A stretch of DNA of 31,027 nt from a virus (IMGVR_UViG_3300024496_000079:1-31027); one strand, 5' to 3'; shown: positions 1 through 10,047, counted from the first letter of the stretch. The notes: a model not told the origin generated them from the sequence alone. Numbers and translations are program-made.

Positions 1-2
1 CC

Positions 3-554
3 CAGAATATCTGACAGGGTCTTGGCTTGGGCTTGTTCTTGATTAAACTGCTGCATGGCTTTATCAAACGCCGTGGCATACCCTTGACCAACAGTCTTAT
101 TCATCTCTTGCATCAGGTTCCGCTGGGTCTCGGTGTCCATCAAAGCTTGACGGGTGCCACCAAAAGCCCCTGCTCCAGTTGCCTTGGCAGCGTTCTGCAT
201 TTGGGTAATTTGAGATTGACGGCGCAGTTCATCCAGTTGAGGCTGAAGAGCCGACTGAAGATACGGGTTCATGTATTGCTGGGAAACATCACCAAAGGAT
301 TTCCCAAGCAACGAAGGGTACGACAGACTCCCCAGACCTTGAAACATCTTTGACTGTAGGTCGGATGGACCGGCAGTCATGGGTCCTTGGTAGATCTGAT
401 ACGGAGTCTCTGCAAGCCCTTTGGCTTTGCCAAGCATCTCCGTTACATAAGGACCTGCCCATTCAGATAGGGTGGAGGATTCTGAACCTACCCTTTGAGA
501 GGTGTTTGGGGCGTTGGTTGTTCCAGTCACGCCAGTGGAAGTGGTATCTGCCAT
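3..554 (-). CDS. Internal virion / DNA ejection protein (runs off left edge of window)
   Basis: Not in the ORF track; translated by hand from the ATG at 554 (RBS AAGGA upstream): MADTTSTG...WAGPYVTEMLGKA...QQYMNPYLQSALQPQLDELRRQ...GAGAFGGTRQAL... The frame is open to the edge. The Gln-rich MNPY / AFGG[ST]R signature is typical of podophage ejection proteins. Confidence 0.7.
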   Translation of the reverse strand, partial: MADTTSTGVTGTTNAPNTSQRVGSESSTLSEWAGPYVTEMLGKAKGLAETPYQIYQGPMTAGPSDLQSKMFQGLGSLSYPSLLGKSFGDVSQQYMNPYLQSALQPQLDELRRQSQITQMQNAAKATGAGAFGGTRQALMDTETQRNLMQEMNKTVGQGYATAFDKAMQQFNQEQAQAKTLSDIL

Positions 555-563
555 GATATTTCC

Positions 564-1325
564 TTATGCGGGCAAATGTTTATCTGCCTTTGAGTTGACG
601 GCAACCTTGTTCTTGCCGACCGTCTTGCCACGGGACTTCTGGATACGTTCCATCATGGCGTAGAGCTTTCTTGCTCCTGCTTCTGTGCTTCCATTGCCTA
701 GTTCTGAAACAATCCGCGCCGGGACAACAAACTCGCCATCAGCAAGACGGGCAGGTTGTTTCTCTCCAATAGTGGCAGGGATAGAATCGCTGACCCCATC
801 ACCGGGACCTTTTAGTAGCTGACCGCCATCTGAATACCCGCCAAGGGAAGAGATACCCCCCTCATTCATCCTAATAATATTCTCAGACGGGAAACCATCC
901 ATAAGACCGCCTTCAGCAGCCTTGGTGTAGGTTGTAGGTTTAAAGTAGGTAATACCGCCAGAACCGGGACGACGAGGAACAACCTTGCCTTCTGCGGTTG
1001 TCATCGTTGATGTGGAGTAAGGGGTCTGCTCTCTTGTTGCGGTGTAGGTTGGGATGCCACCTGTATAACCGCGATAGGGAGTTCCACCACCTCCAGCGCC
1101 AAGCTGATTTAAAAGATAGGACAACCCAGCCACACCGGCAATCTGCGTCCCTATCCCGGAACCGCCGGACAGGACACTGCCGATAGTGTTTAAAGCATTA
1201 CCCCAGTTCCCGCTAGAGATATTGGAGAAGAAGTCCCCAATACTTGAGGAGGAGCCGGTAGTAGATCCACCGGTAGTGGAAGTTGTGGGGTCTGGGATGT
1301 AGTTCCCGCTCCAATCATATGCCAT
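564..1325 (-). CDS. Putative internal virion protein, Gly/Ser/Thr-rich, with repeated xxGG motifs and a GPGDGVSDSIPA..LADGEFVVPA domain
   Basis: 253 aa ORF with motifs AAEGG, MNEGG and YSDGG and the GPGxGxSDxIPA...LxxGEFV motif seen in phage tail and internal proteins. It lies among the ejection genes. Confidence 0.65.
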   Translation of the reverse strand: MAYDWSGNYIPDPTTSTTGGSTTGSSSSIGDFFSNISSGNWGNALNTIGSVLSGGSGIGTQIAGVAGLSYLLNQLGAGGGGTPYRGYTGGIPTYTATREQTPYSTSTMTTAEGKVVPRRPGSGGITYFKPTTYTKAAEGGLMDGFPSENIIRMNEGGISSLGGYSDGGQLLKGPGDGVSDSIPATIGEKQPARLADGEFVVPARIVSELGNGSTEAGARKLYAMMERIQKSRGKTVGKNKVAVNSKADKHLPA

Positions 1326-4300
1326 ATGTGCCTCGCCCTAAAATATCAATTAGCTCGTTTAAATCAATATCCTCACCCAAGCCAATTAACGAAGATATAT
1401 CATTTTCATCTGTTTTCTCTCCGGGCACAACCTGCCTTGCCTTAAGAAACTCAGGCTCTTTACCCGGCATGGTGACGCTCAGAGGTTGGTATTGCTGTTG
1501 AATTAATTCCCCCTTGGAACCAATCTGCTGGGTGGGAGCATTAAATTCCTTGCCATAATAGAAAGCCTCGGAGGGACCAGAGGTTTTGGCTTCAGCTTGT
1601 TGAATAGCTGGTAGTGCCGCAATCCCCATGAGAGCTTTGTAAGTCTGCTGCCTTTTTTGCAATGCGGCTTTTTGTGCTGCGGCTTGGGCAGCAGCTTGAG
1701 CAGCAGCATCCCCTGTGCCAGTGCCCTGAGTCCCAGTTCCTTGCCCTCCCGGACCTTCTGTGGTGGTTCCCGGAGCGCCTGTCGTTGTTCCGGGGCCTAT
1801 TCCTGCCCCAGATCCTGTACCAGATCCTGGGCCAGCTACATCACCGGTTTGTGTGCCAGTGCCTGCACCACCAGTAGTAGCGCCTCCAGTAGTAGAGCCA
1901 AAAACTCCTGCCAAATCCATGCGCATCATATTGATGCCGGTTTTTCTAATGTCTTCCGCGCTTGGGTTAGAAATACCGCTGTTTCTTAAGACTATCTCTG
2001 CATCTTTTAGATAGTCGCTCATGACAGAGGAATTTGAAGCAAACTGCTTGACCAAAAAATCCAATGATGAAGTTGGATCGGTGTAGCTTTGTACGTATTG
2101 ATACTCTTCAGTTGGAGTTTGTGCAAAGGAAGAGAATGCGCTTCCATAGCCCCCGCCAGCGCCAGCAGTGCCGCTTTCTTGCTTTGCCTGATAGCTTTCT
2201 ATGTTGGTTTGTGAAGATTTAAAATTTTCCGACGGAGTTAATTTATTATTTTCTAACTTGGTCAGAAGTTCTTGTTTTTTTGTTTCAGGAATTGGCGAAA
2301 GATCAATAAACTGTTTAGCCGCATCTTCACCAAGCTTGTCTCTTGCAATTAAAACAAAATCTTCAGCATCGCCTCCTGACGCTCCACCTGTTCCATAGGC
2401 AGAAGACAAGGTAGCATAGGGCGAATTTGGATCTGGCGTTCCAATACCAAACAAAGCTTTCACTCTGTTGTCTACAAATCTCCAGTCTCCATTAGCATCT
2501 TTAAACCAAGAAACTTTTGGGTTTGTGACATTTACTAACGTGCCGTCATCATTTTTTCTAAAGTTTCCTTCATTGCCTAGGTCGATTTCCTTTTCAACAA
2601 GTCTGTTAAAGTCCCTGTTAAAGTTTTCCGTTCCGGGTTGAAGAGTCTTAAGTTGAGTTTGCAGTTCGCCAGTTAATTCTGCCGTGGCAGGTCCAATCTG
2701 CGTATCTTGCAAAAATTTTGCGTAATTACCAGATAAACTTTGAGCAATCCTTAAAGCATCTTCATTTGAAATATTTGGTATTGCCTGTTTTATTTGCTCG
2801 ACGGCATTTTCATCAAAATCAGAAGCAATAATTGCATCGTAGTAATCTTGTATTTCTGCATCTGCATCTCTTTGTGTAAGAGGAAACCCAGAAGCTCCAG
2901 ACCCAACCGGCGGGACATAATTCTTTTGTGCCCTCGCGGCATTGATTGCAAGAGACTTACCTGCGTTCTCTAATGCCTTTACTACGTCATCACCACGGGC
3001 AGCGGCAGTTGCTGCGACACCTGCTGCGTTACTAGCAAATGTCTCTAGCCCGTTTAAACTTTTAGGATCTATTCTGCCTGTAATAAAGTTCTTGGCTTCT
3101 TCTGAAGCAAAGTTTCCAACAATGCTATAAGCAATGTTTTCACCAATGTTGGATGGGTCTGAAATGGTAGAGGCAAGTCCACTGGTCACGCCGCTTGCAA
3201 TGATTTTCTCTGTTTGATCTACAGACAGATTAGAAATCCTTGCTAACTCTTTAATGTTGGCTTCCCCTGTTGCTCCACCCCCCATAACGGTTTTTGCAAT
3301 GTCAGAGGTATTGGCTGAAACAGCGCCGCTTACCAATCCAGCTTGCATAGCCTTGCTTACATCACCACCCGTAAGCGCAGCCATGCCGCCATTCATGATG
3401 GAGCTTGTGAGCGCAGATATACCGGTTTGACCGACAACCTGACCTAAAGTGATCGCAGTTGCTGGAGCGCCTACTGTAAATGCGGTAGGAGCAACTGCTG
3501 CTGCTGTACCAACTTGAATACCACTTAATGCAGATGAAAGAGCTTGACCAAGTTGCGGGGCAAATACCAAAGAAGCAATTTGGATTACAGGGGCAAGTTC
3601 GGCAAGCTGTCCTCTCCATCCCGCATGGCTAACGCCCACCGCATCAAAATAGTTGGCAGCAAGTTGACCATCAGGTTTGGTAACAGGAACTAGGTTACCG
3701 CTACCGTCTGCTTTAAACAAAATAGCAGCATGAGGGGCTTTTTGATTGGCTCCTGCACCAGTCCTATCAAGCGCATTGGCAACAACGTAAAAATCCTTAG
3801 TTGCATCATTGATAGCGTTGTACTTTTCCTCATTAGTCTTAAGACCAGATATATCAACGCCAGCTTGTTCTGCCGCCTTTTTAAAGTCTCCGGTGTAAGA
3901 AACCCCGCCACCATATGCCTGCGTTTTTTCAAGACCAAAGATTGCCGCACCACGGGCAACAGAAGATCCGTCAGACTTTACGTTCCAACCAAACGCATTG
4001 TAGTTGTCTCGATATTGATCTTTGTTAAGGGTGTCGCTCTTGTATTTATTAAGCACAGAATCCAGCGCACCCTGATCAAGCAGTGGAAGTCCTGTGCTTT
4101 GGTCAATGTTTGTAAAGTAATCAGGATTGGCTTTGGGCAGATTAACCGTAGGAATATTCGCCATTTTCAGAGGATCAATCTCTGAAATCATGGATGTTAC
4201 TGGCTTAATAAGATCATCAAGCTTGGTGTTTTTAACGGCAGTCTGTATCTGACCCAGAAGAGTCTGTACTGACTTGGCATCAGCAAACTTGGTAACATCG

Positions 4301-5247
4301 CCAAGACTACCCCTGATATTGTCAATGTAGCTACCGACATTGTTAATCGCTTCGTTGCGCTGGTCTACCAATGGCTGGATAGAATCCATGACCGCTTGAT
4401 ACTTGTTTTGTGCGGTATCAAACGCAGTATTGGCTTTGTCAAATGCAGCCTGCGCAGGTTTGATTGTGCCGTTTTGATAGGCTCTTTCAGCCGCAGCACG
4501 AGCGTTATCCAAGGCAGTCATAGAAGTGTTGTAAGTTTTCTCTGCTGACGTAATGGATGCTTGAGCCGTTTTCTCAGCGGCTTGACGAGCTTTGTCTACG
4601 TTAGTTTGAGACGCAGAAAAAATCTTATCTAAGTTTTGCAGATTGCTTTCTGCGGCTCTTTCAGCAGCTTCTCTTGCTCTGTCCAGAGCTTGATTAGCCC
4701 TATCTAAGTTTGTATTTGCAGAATTTAGAGTTCTCTCAAGAGAAGCCCTATTCTTATCATTTGCGTTATCAAGATTGCGTTGAGCTGTGTCTCTTGCTTT
4801 TTCAGCATTAGAAACATTGTTTAAAGCTGACTTGTAGCCCGAATTGTTATTTACATATTGACCTGAATCTTTGTAATTACGGAATTCATTTAACTTTTTT
4901 TCTGCTGCCTGCATAGCAGTTACAGCATTTTTATAAGATGAATTGTCGTTTAAGAACTTTCCAGAATCTAAAAATTCACGGGCATTGTTAAGCGCCTTTT
5001 CTGCGGCAGTAGAAGCTTTCTGTGCGTTTGTATAGCCAGAATTCTTTGTTAGGTAAGATTGATCATCAAACGCAGCCTGAAGACTTTCTAATTTGGAACG
5101 GGCAGCATCTAAAGCTTTTTGGGCAGTAGTAACTGCCGTTTGGCTAGGCTTGGTGCTGGCTTGGGCATCGGTGTACTTTTTCTGCGCAGCAGTGACCGCA
5201 GCAATAGCTTTTTGTACATCTGCCAGTTTGACGGCGGTATATGCCAT
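1315..5247 (-). CDS. Large internal virion / ejection protein with N-terminal coiled-coil repeats
   Basis: 1310 aa ORF with an Ala/Lys/Gln coiled-coil N-terminus, a hydrophobic Gly/Ala-rich middle and a Gly/Thr low-complexity C-terminal tract. It lies downstream of the tail genes. Confidence 0.6.
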   Translation of the reverse strand: MAYTAVKLADVQKAIAAVTAAQKKYTDAQASTKPSQTAVTTAQKALDAARSKLESLQAAFDDQSYLTKNSGYTNAQKASTAAEKALNNAREFLDSGKFLNDNSSYKNAVTAMQAAEKKLNEFRNYKDSGQYVNNNSGYKSALNNVSNAEKARDTAQRNLDNANDKNRASLERTLNSANTNLDRANQALDRAREAAERAAESNLQNLDKIFSASQTNVDKARQAAEKTAQASITSAEKTYNTSMTALDNARAAAERAYQNGTIKPAQAAFDKANTAFDTAQNKYQAVMDSIQPLVDQRNEAINNVGSYIDNIRGSLGDVTKFADAKSVQTLLGQIQTAVKNTKLDDLIKPVTSMISEIDPLKMANIPTVNLPKANPDYFTNIDQSTGLPLLDQGALDSVLNKYKSDTLNKDQYRDNYNAFGWNVKSDGSSVARGAAIFGLEKTQAYGGGVSYTGDFKKAAEQAGVDISGLKTNEEKYNAINDATKDFYVVANALDRTGAGANQKAPHAAILFKADGSGNLVPVTKPDGQLAANYFDAVGVSHAGWRGQLAELAPVIQIASLVFAPQLGQALSSALSGIQVGTAAAVAPTAFTVGAPATAITLGQVVGQTGISALTSSIMNGGMAALTGGDVSKAMQAGLVSGAVSANTSDIAKTVMGGGATGEANIKELARISNLSVDQTEKIIASGVTSGLASTISDPSNIGENIAYSIVGNFASEEAKNFITGRIDPKSLNGLETFASNAAGVAATAAARGDDVVKALENAGKSLAINAARAQKNYVPPVGSGASGFPLTQRDADAEIQDYYDAIIASDFDENAVEQIKQAIPNISNEDALRIAQSLSGNYAKFLQDTQIGPATAELTGELQTQLKTLQPGTENFNRDFNRLVEKEIDLGNEGNFRKNDDGTLVNVTNPKVSWFKDANGDWRFVDNRVKALFGIGTPDPNSPYATLSSAYGTGGASGGDAEDFVLIARDKLGEDAAKQFIDLSPIPETKKQELLTKLENNKLTPSENFKSSQTNIESYQAKQESGTAGAGGGYGSAFSSFAQTPTEEYQYVQSYTDPTSSLDFLVKQFASNSSVMSDYLKDAEIVLRNSGISNPSAEDIRKTGINMMRMDLAGVFGSTTGGATTGGAGTGTQTGDVAGPGSGTGSGAGIGPGTTTGAPGTTTEGPGGQGTGTQGTGTGDAAAQAAAQAAAQKAALQKRQQTYKALMGIAALPAIQQAEAKTSGPSEAFYYGKEFNAPTQQIGSKGELIQQQYQPLSVTMPGKEPEFLKARQVVPGEKTDENDISSLIGLGEDIDLNELIDILGRGTYGI

Positions 5248-5255
5248 GTTTAAAC

Positions 5256-6656
5256 CTATTGCGTTAAGTCATAGAAAGAGATCGACCCAAGTCCACTGCC
5301 CTTGGTCGCACCGTCTACTGTTCTAACTGCCAGCGTGTAAATGTCGCTCACACTGGTTAATGACACGCCTAGCTGCAAGTCCCAGTTATATCCCGTTGGC
5401 GCACTGGTTTGCGAAACCCCGCCGCTTCCCGTGCTGGTCACGTAATCTGTTTGCACAATACTTCCTGTGGCAGAAATTGCTGTAGCGGCAATATCGTATT
5501 CAACATTGCTGTCTGAAGGAACCGTAGCAGCCCATGTTGCTCCCGTTAAGGTTGGGTTCTTTAACAGAACCACCTCATAGTTCTGGGAAGTCAGGGGTAG
5601 AAACTGAACACGATTTGGCAATACAACCGCACCTGTTCTGCCAGAGGCAAGACGAATCGACACAATCGGGTAGAAGGTTGCCGCTGTATCAATGTTGGAA
5701 AACGCTGTTGTGCGTCGCGCTACATGGTCAATCGATGTCTGCTCAAAACCACCCTCAGAAACCACCGAGCAGCAAATAGACTTCATTGAAGCCGCTATTG
5801 CTGAAGAGCTTGTGATCTCATATCTAATAGGCAAAATCGCCGTGGTCATGTAAACGGATGTGATGTCGTTGGCATTATTGAATGTATGGCAAACGATGTA
5901 CTCGCCGTTGATAATAAAGCCGCAACGAACAGACCCTACGCCCAACCACTCAAAGTCCATCCACAGAATCTGTGCCTTGGAAGGATCTAACGTAAGACCG
6001 CTTGCACCTGTGCCGTCTAGCTTGTCGCCATTCCAATCATCTTGATTGACCGTGCGTATATCGCTAGGGGTTCCCGGATTTGGGGTAGAGCTTGAACGCA
6101 AGACAAACGAATACACACCATCCACACGTTGGAAGAACACCCCGTTCTGAGTGTTGAAGTAGCCCACACGCTGCGTAAGATTTGTACTGGCGTTCCCATC
6201 CATTACAAAGGTGGCAAGAATTAATAAGCCTTTTCCGGGCTGGTAGGGGAAACTCCGATAAGACTGCCTGACAACAGATCCGACACCTACGCCGGTCACC
6301 TGCATCTGCACCGCTGCTTCATTAGAAAGGAAGGAAGTTGTGCCTGTCCCGGTTGTAGCTATATCAAATTGATTGTCAGCCGCGTATCTGTTCTGGCTGT
6401 CAAACAGGGTGTATGGCTGACTTACTCGAAGCCGCCCAAAGGCATCCGTATTGGTGCCCCCGATTGAGATGGGTAGTGTCGATGAGTTAGCCATAAGCTG
6501 CGCCAAAAAGTTATCAAGTGTATTAAAGTACAAACGCAGAATACTGTTTAGCTGGTTGTGATATTCCCGGCTGTATTCATTTGGCGCAAACGGCAATGCA
6601 GGAGCCTTGGTGGAATAAAGTTCCACTGATTCCGTAGTAACAATTTGAGTACTCAT
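5256..6656 (-). CDS. Virion structural protein (tail-associated, beta-rich)
   Basis: 466 aa. A short N-terminal helical segment (PALPFAPNEYSREYHNQLNSILRLYFN) is followed by a DAFGRLRVSQPYTLFDS...YQPGK...WLGVGSVRCGF beta domain familiar from phage structural genes. It directly follows the tail hub gene with an ATGA overlap. Confidence 0.6.
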   Translation of the reverse strand: MSTQIVTTESVELYSTKAPALPFAPNEYSREYHNQLNSILRLYFNTLDNFLAQLMANSSTLPISIGGTNTDAFGRLRVSQPYTLFDSQNRYAADNQFDIATTGTGTTSFLSNEAAVQMQVTGVGVGSVVRQSYRSFPYQPGKGLLILATFVMDGNASTNLTQRVGYFNTQNGVFFQRVDGVYSFVLRSSSTPNPGTPSDIRTVNQDDWNGDKLDGTGASGLTLDPSKAQILWMDFEWLGVGSVRCGFIINGEYIVCHTFNNANDITSVYMTTAILPIRYEITSSSAIAASMKSICCSVVSEGGFEQTSIDHVARRTTAFSNIDTAATFYPIVSIRLASGRTGAVVLPNRVQFLPLTSQNYEVVLLKNPTLTGATWAATVPSDSNVEYDIAATAISATGSIVQTDYVTSTGSGGVSQTSAPTGYNWDLQLGVSLTSVSDIYTLAVRTVDGATKGSGLGSISFYDLTQ

Positions 6657-8968
6657 CTGCGCCCATCAGGTCTAATGTCAAGTCGTGGGGAGCCTAGCTG
6701 CCATGCCACACCAATGTTGGTAGACCGAAGCTCTAGCGTCATCTGCCTGCCTCTGACCCGCGTGTAAATCTGTCCCGTGAACTCTTCTATAGGAATAGTC
6801 GCTGTCCTTGTAACCGAATGGCTGGCATAGCCGCCCACCGATGGCGGGGTGGTATATCCAGAGCCTGAATTCTTCAATGGCTTTAAATACATCGTCGCGG
6901 TTGGACTGTCGGCGGTCGATCCCACAAAGGTAATGTCTGGCAGAACCCTCCAAACAAAGGAGAAGTTGTGCCCGTCATCCAAATCAAACTGCGCAGAATT
7001 AATGTATGCCTCAATAGGCTGCGTTGAGCTTGTCTCTTTATTATCGTTGCCGATCTCGTGGATTACAGTATTGTTAATATAGGTGGTTGCCAACGGTCCC
7101 TGCTGATATGGGGAGTCAAGCCACGCTGTTCTTCCAAGGTCGCCGTAGTACCAGATGTCTTCTACGTAGTTGTAAACGACGTACCGGTCAATCACGGTTG
7201 ATCCTGATGTGCAGTAGAACCACCAGACTTCATTGAAGCCTTCATTGGTTCCGGCAAATATCTGGTCTGCCTGATCTAGATTAATGTCGCTGTAAATGAA
7301 CTTCCTGAGGTCGCATCGCAGGGTCTGTACGCGACCGTCGTATTTATAGAACTTATCCACACCCATCCAGAAAGCCACGCCGCTGGCTAATGCCGTAGCG
7401 TTTTGCCCGATGATGGAGAGGTTGTCGCCAAGTAATTGGGTACCCCAGACAATCGGAGGATTAAGGTATTGCAAGGAATACAACGATGTGTCTGTCCAGA
7501 CCAGAATTTCCTGTCGGCTCTGGAGAACAGTAACAATTTGAGATCCATGAGAAAGCCTGACACTACCTGCCTGATTGGTCGCAGAGGGAGTCCAGTTTGT
7601 GACGCTCTCTTGGTCAGACCACCTGATCAACATAGGATCAAAGGTTGTCCCAAGATAATCATTTGAGCCAAAGCAGAAGGTGAACCGGCTAATGTCTGAG
7701 ACCGTCAGATAGTTTTGCTTGAGCGGGACATTAGACGCGCCGCTCATGTCCTCTACGGCAATCGCTCTGGTAGAGATTCTCTGGGTTCCAGATTGACTTC
7801 CGGATGTATTGATAGGCGTTCCACCTGCCGTGGCGGCTAGGTTACAGGTTACCCCGGAGGCATTGACCACATAATAGACAACCCCCGGTAAAAGCCCTGT
7901 AGGAAGACTTCCCGTGGTCGTTAGGGTAATTGCCATGCCATCGGTTAAAACCGATCCTGTCGTCATCACCGCAGGGCTGGCGATGGTAATAGAAGCCGTT
8001 GTGCCAAAGACACCAACGCTGGCATCCCAGTAATAGAGCTTGCCGTTCCGTGGTCCAAAAACAAGGTCTTCACCAAAGTTTGTCTGGCTCCAAAGCCTCA
8101 ATGCTTGATTAGAAGTAGTCCCAATCCCCCACTCGCCAAAGCCCCATTCCCCAGCGCCCCAGCCGGTAATAGGCACAGCAATCTCTGAACCAATGTTGAT
8201 TTGGTAAACAGCCTGAACTGTGCCGCCGCCATTGGTCACCGTGGAAGTTGCCTTGGCGGTAACTGTGTGAGATCCAGCCTGAGAGCTGCCGATTGCAGAG
8301 ATAGCCGTGCCGCCAGAAGTCGCCGCTAGGTTAAACGTATAGCTTGATGTGTTTACAACGTAATACGTCGTTCCGGCAACAAACGGAGGCGGGAGAGACC
8401 CGGTAGTAGATAAAACGACCGGAGTGTTGTTGGCTAGTTTAAACGATGCTGTGAACACAGCAGGACTTGCTGCCGTAATCACCACATCCGAAGACATTGC
8501 TATGGTGTAGTCGTTCCCGCTAATGGAAAGGATTTCATGTTCGCCAAGAATGGTCAGGTTTCCTGTTGCGGAACTCCCATAGAAAGTTACGAAGTCGCCA
8601 ACTTGATACCCGCCATTACCATCGGTAACGGTGATAGTTGAAGAGCCATTGGTGGTATCAAAGGGATTGGTCAGCGTGACAGATTCCCGAATGGGCGTAA
8701 TGTCGTAATATTCCCCGCCCTGAGAGATGTAAAACTTCTTGTTCGTGCCAAGGCTTATTAGATTGGTGCTGTTTAAAGTTGACCAGTTCCACAAAGACCG
8801 GCAGACACCGTCAAAAGTGTTCTCAGAAATTCTTTCCCAGCCACCTATTTTCTCAGGTGTGCCTTGGCGAAACCGGACCTTGTCACAGTCATACCAACCA
8901 TTCTCATTGGTATATCGTGTGTTTTCCCTGTTTACACCTGCCTTGAAAAGAAGTTTCTTTAATGGCAT
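6653..8968 (-). CDS. Tail hub / packaged-DNA stabilization protein (P22 gp10-like beta-propeller)
   Basis: 771 aa with motifs DCDKVRFRQGTPEKIGGW, LIRWSDQE, NQAGSVRL, FNEVWWFY, RYVVYNYVEDIWYYG and C-terminal RVRGRQ...WQLGSPRLDIRPDGRR, typical of podophage tail tubular B / gp10. Confidence 0.75.
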   Translation of the reverse strand: MPLKKLLFKAGVNRENTRYTNENGWYDCDKVRFRQGTPEKIGGWERISENTFDGVCRSLWNWSTLNSTNLISLGTNKKFYISQGGEYYDITPIRESVTLTNPFDTTNGSSTITVTDGNGGYQVGDFVTFYGSSATGNLTILGEHEILSISGNDYTIAMSSDVVITAASPAVFTASFKLANNTPVVLSTTGSLPPPFVAGTTYYVVNTSSYTFNLAATSGGTAISAIGSSQAGSHTVTAKATSTVTNGGGTVQAVYQINIGSEIAVPITGWGAGEWGFGEWGIGTTSNQALRLWSQTNFGEDLVFGPRNGKLYYWDASVGVFGTTASITIASPAVMTTGSVLTDGMAITLTTTGSLPTGLLPGVVYYVVNASGVTCNLAATAGGTPINTSGSQSGTQRISTRAIAVEDMSGASNVPLKQNYLTVSDISRFTFCFGSNDYLGTTFDPMLIRWSDQESVTNWTPSATNQAGSVRLSHGSQIVTVLQSRQEILVWTDTSLYSLQYLNPPIVWGTQLLGDNLSIIGQNATALASGVAFWMGVDKFYKYDGRVQTLRCDLRKFIYSDINLDQADQIFAGTNEGFNEVWWFYCTSGSTVIDRYVVYNYVEDIWYYGDLGRTAWLDSPYQQGPLATTYINNTVIHEIGNDNKETSSTQPIEAYINSAQFDLDDGHNFSFVWRVLPDITFVGSTADSPTATMYLKPLKNSGSGYTTPPSVGGYASHSVTRTATIPIEEFTGQIYTRVRGRQMTLELRSTNIGVAWQLGSPRLDIRPDGRR

Positions 8969-8969
8969 T

Positions 8970-9428
8970 TTATTTCACCGATTCGTATTGGGCGTAGCAT
9001 TGCTTGAGGGCTGCTCTGAGTTCGTCGGCTTCTCTGGCGACCCTGACAAGAAATTCTCCATCCTCTCTGTAAAGCTCTTTGCCGGTACATCCACCTTGTC
9101 TAGCGCCGGAAGTACTGGACAGGGAACCATCAGTGGGGCGGGCTTGGCGGTCGCGCAAGCCGTTAGCCAAAGCGGTAGCACGAGCATTAAGATTCTTGAG
9201 TTCACGGTCTTTTTCCTGCCTGATATTGTTCGCAGCCTGTTGCCAATTCTGCTCTTTTTCCCTAGCTTTCTCAACCTCTGCGGTGTATAGGGCTAGGGAG
9301 TCCGCTCTCTCTTTGTCCCACTGCTGTTGGACATAAGCCTGACCTGATTCATCCCCTTTGTAATAGCCGGTGCTAAACGCCGCAATCACGGCTAATACAA
9401 CGCCAAGGATGACCCAAGGGTTCATCAT
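8970..9428 (-). CDS. Inner-membrane spanin (Rz-like)
   Basis: N-terminal TM helix (WVILGVVLAVIAAFSTGYY), a periplasmic coiled coil and a C-terminal AREADELRAALKQCYAQY. It is the last gene of the lysis cassette and contains an embedded lipoprotein gene. Confidence 0.85.
   Translation of the reverse strand: MMNPWVILGVVLAVIAAFSTGYYKGDESGQAYVQQQWDKERADSLALYTAEVEKAREKEQNWQQAANNIRQEKDRELKNLNARATALANGLRDRQARPTDGSLSSTSGARQGGCTGKELYREDGEFLVRVAREADELRAALKQCYAQYESVK
8975..9205 (-). CDS. Outer-membrane spanin lipoprotein (Rz1-like), fully embedded in the i-spanin gene
   Basis: Alternative frame inside 8970-9428. The probable GTG start at 9205 (AGGA upstream) gives MNSRILMLVLPLWLTAC (lipobox LTA-C) and a Pro-rich mature part with a second Cys (VPCPVLP). 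Confidence 0.8.
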   Translation of the reverse strand: MNSRILMLVLPLWLTACATAKPAPLMVPCPVLPALDKVDVPAKSFTERMENFLSGSPEKPTNSEQPSSNATPNTNR

Positions 9429-9607
9429 TTCTTAGGGGGCACAGCGGTGCCATCAAGCTTCTTGTGAACCTTAATCTTTTTGCAAACCTCTACCTCTTTG
9501 CCCTTCTTTACTTCCTTGGTGCAGACTTCTTTGATCTCACCGCCAGCCCAGCTTAAGTTTACAGTCAGGGTCAAAAGAGTTAACAGTGCAATTTTGATAA
9601 GCTTCAT
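9425..9607 (-). CDS. Small secreted Lys-rich protein with two Cys
   Basis: 60 aa with signal peptide MKLIKIALLTLLTLTVNLSWA and mature part KEVCTKEVKKGKEVEVCKKIK. Translationally coupled on both sides. Confidence 0.7.
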   Translation of the reverse strand: MKLIKIALLTLLTLTVNLSWAGGEIKEVCTKEVKKGKEVEVCKKIKVHKKLDGTAVPPKK

Positions 9608-10047
9608 TATTCGATCTCCGGATGCGGTGGTTGTACTGGGGCTGGTTTACCTTTGTAGCCTTGTTGAACTGGCGGCGCAGAGCTTACGGGGTCAAGGGTT
9701 GGCTCTTGGCGCTTAGATATAGGCATGGGCTTGTCCTCGCGCTCTTCCTTGGTCGAGAGATTGGGAGGCACAAACTGTGGCAGAGCATCTTTGCCTTTAA
9801 CTGCCAAGAGAGTTGCTAATGATCCAAGGATGTACTTGGACATGTCGGACAGGATCAGGAAAAACTGTTTGTCCGCAGGTGCCATGCCGTTCATGGGTTG
9901 CGTTACAAAAACGACACTATAAAGGCTGACCCCCACCATGATGACCACAGTGCAGCAAAAGGTAAACGCGATGCAGAACTTAATTACTGCATCGTGCTGC
10001 TCCTGCGTCATTGCAAGAAACTGGCTTATCAACTTTAACGGGTTCAT
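9607..10047 (-). CDS. Two-TM membrane protein, holin candidate
   Basis: Hydrophobic segments FCIAFTFCCTVVIMVGVSLYSVVFV and FFLIL..YILGSLATLLAV, with a Pro-rich charged C-terminal tail. It lies between endolysin and spanins. Confidence 0.55.
   Translation of the reverse strand: MNPLKLISQFLAMTQEQHDAVIKFCIAFTFCCTVVIMVGVSLYSVVFVTQPMNGMAPADKQFFLILSDMSKYILGSLATLLAVKGKDALPQFVPPNLSTKEEREDKPMPISKRQEPTLDPVSSAPPVQQGYKGKPAPVQPPHPEIE

Noticed and set aside
1660-1900. Short nucleotide repeats (CAGATCCTG, GCAGCA)
   Set aside because: Explained by the Gly/Thr and AAAQ low-complexity protein tract.
1315-5247. Tape measure protein call
   Set aside because: There are no tail tube, sheath or chaperone genes, and the gp4/gp10-like genes indicate a short tail, so an ejection protein fits better.
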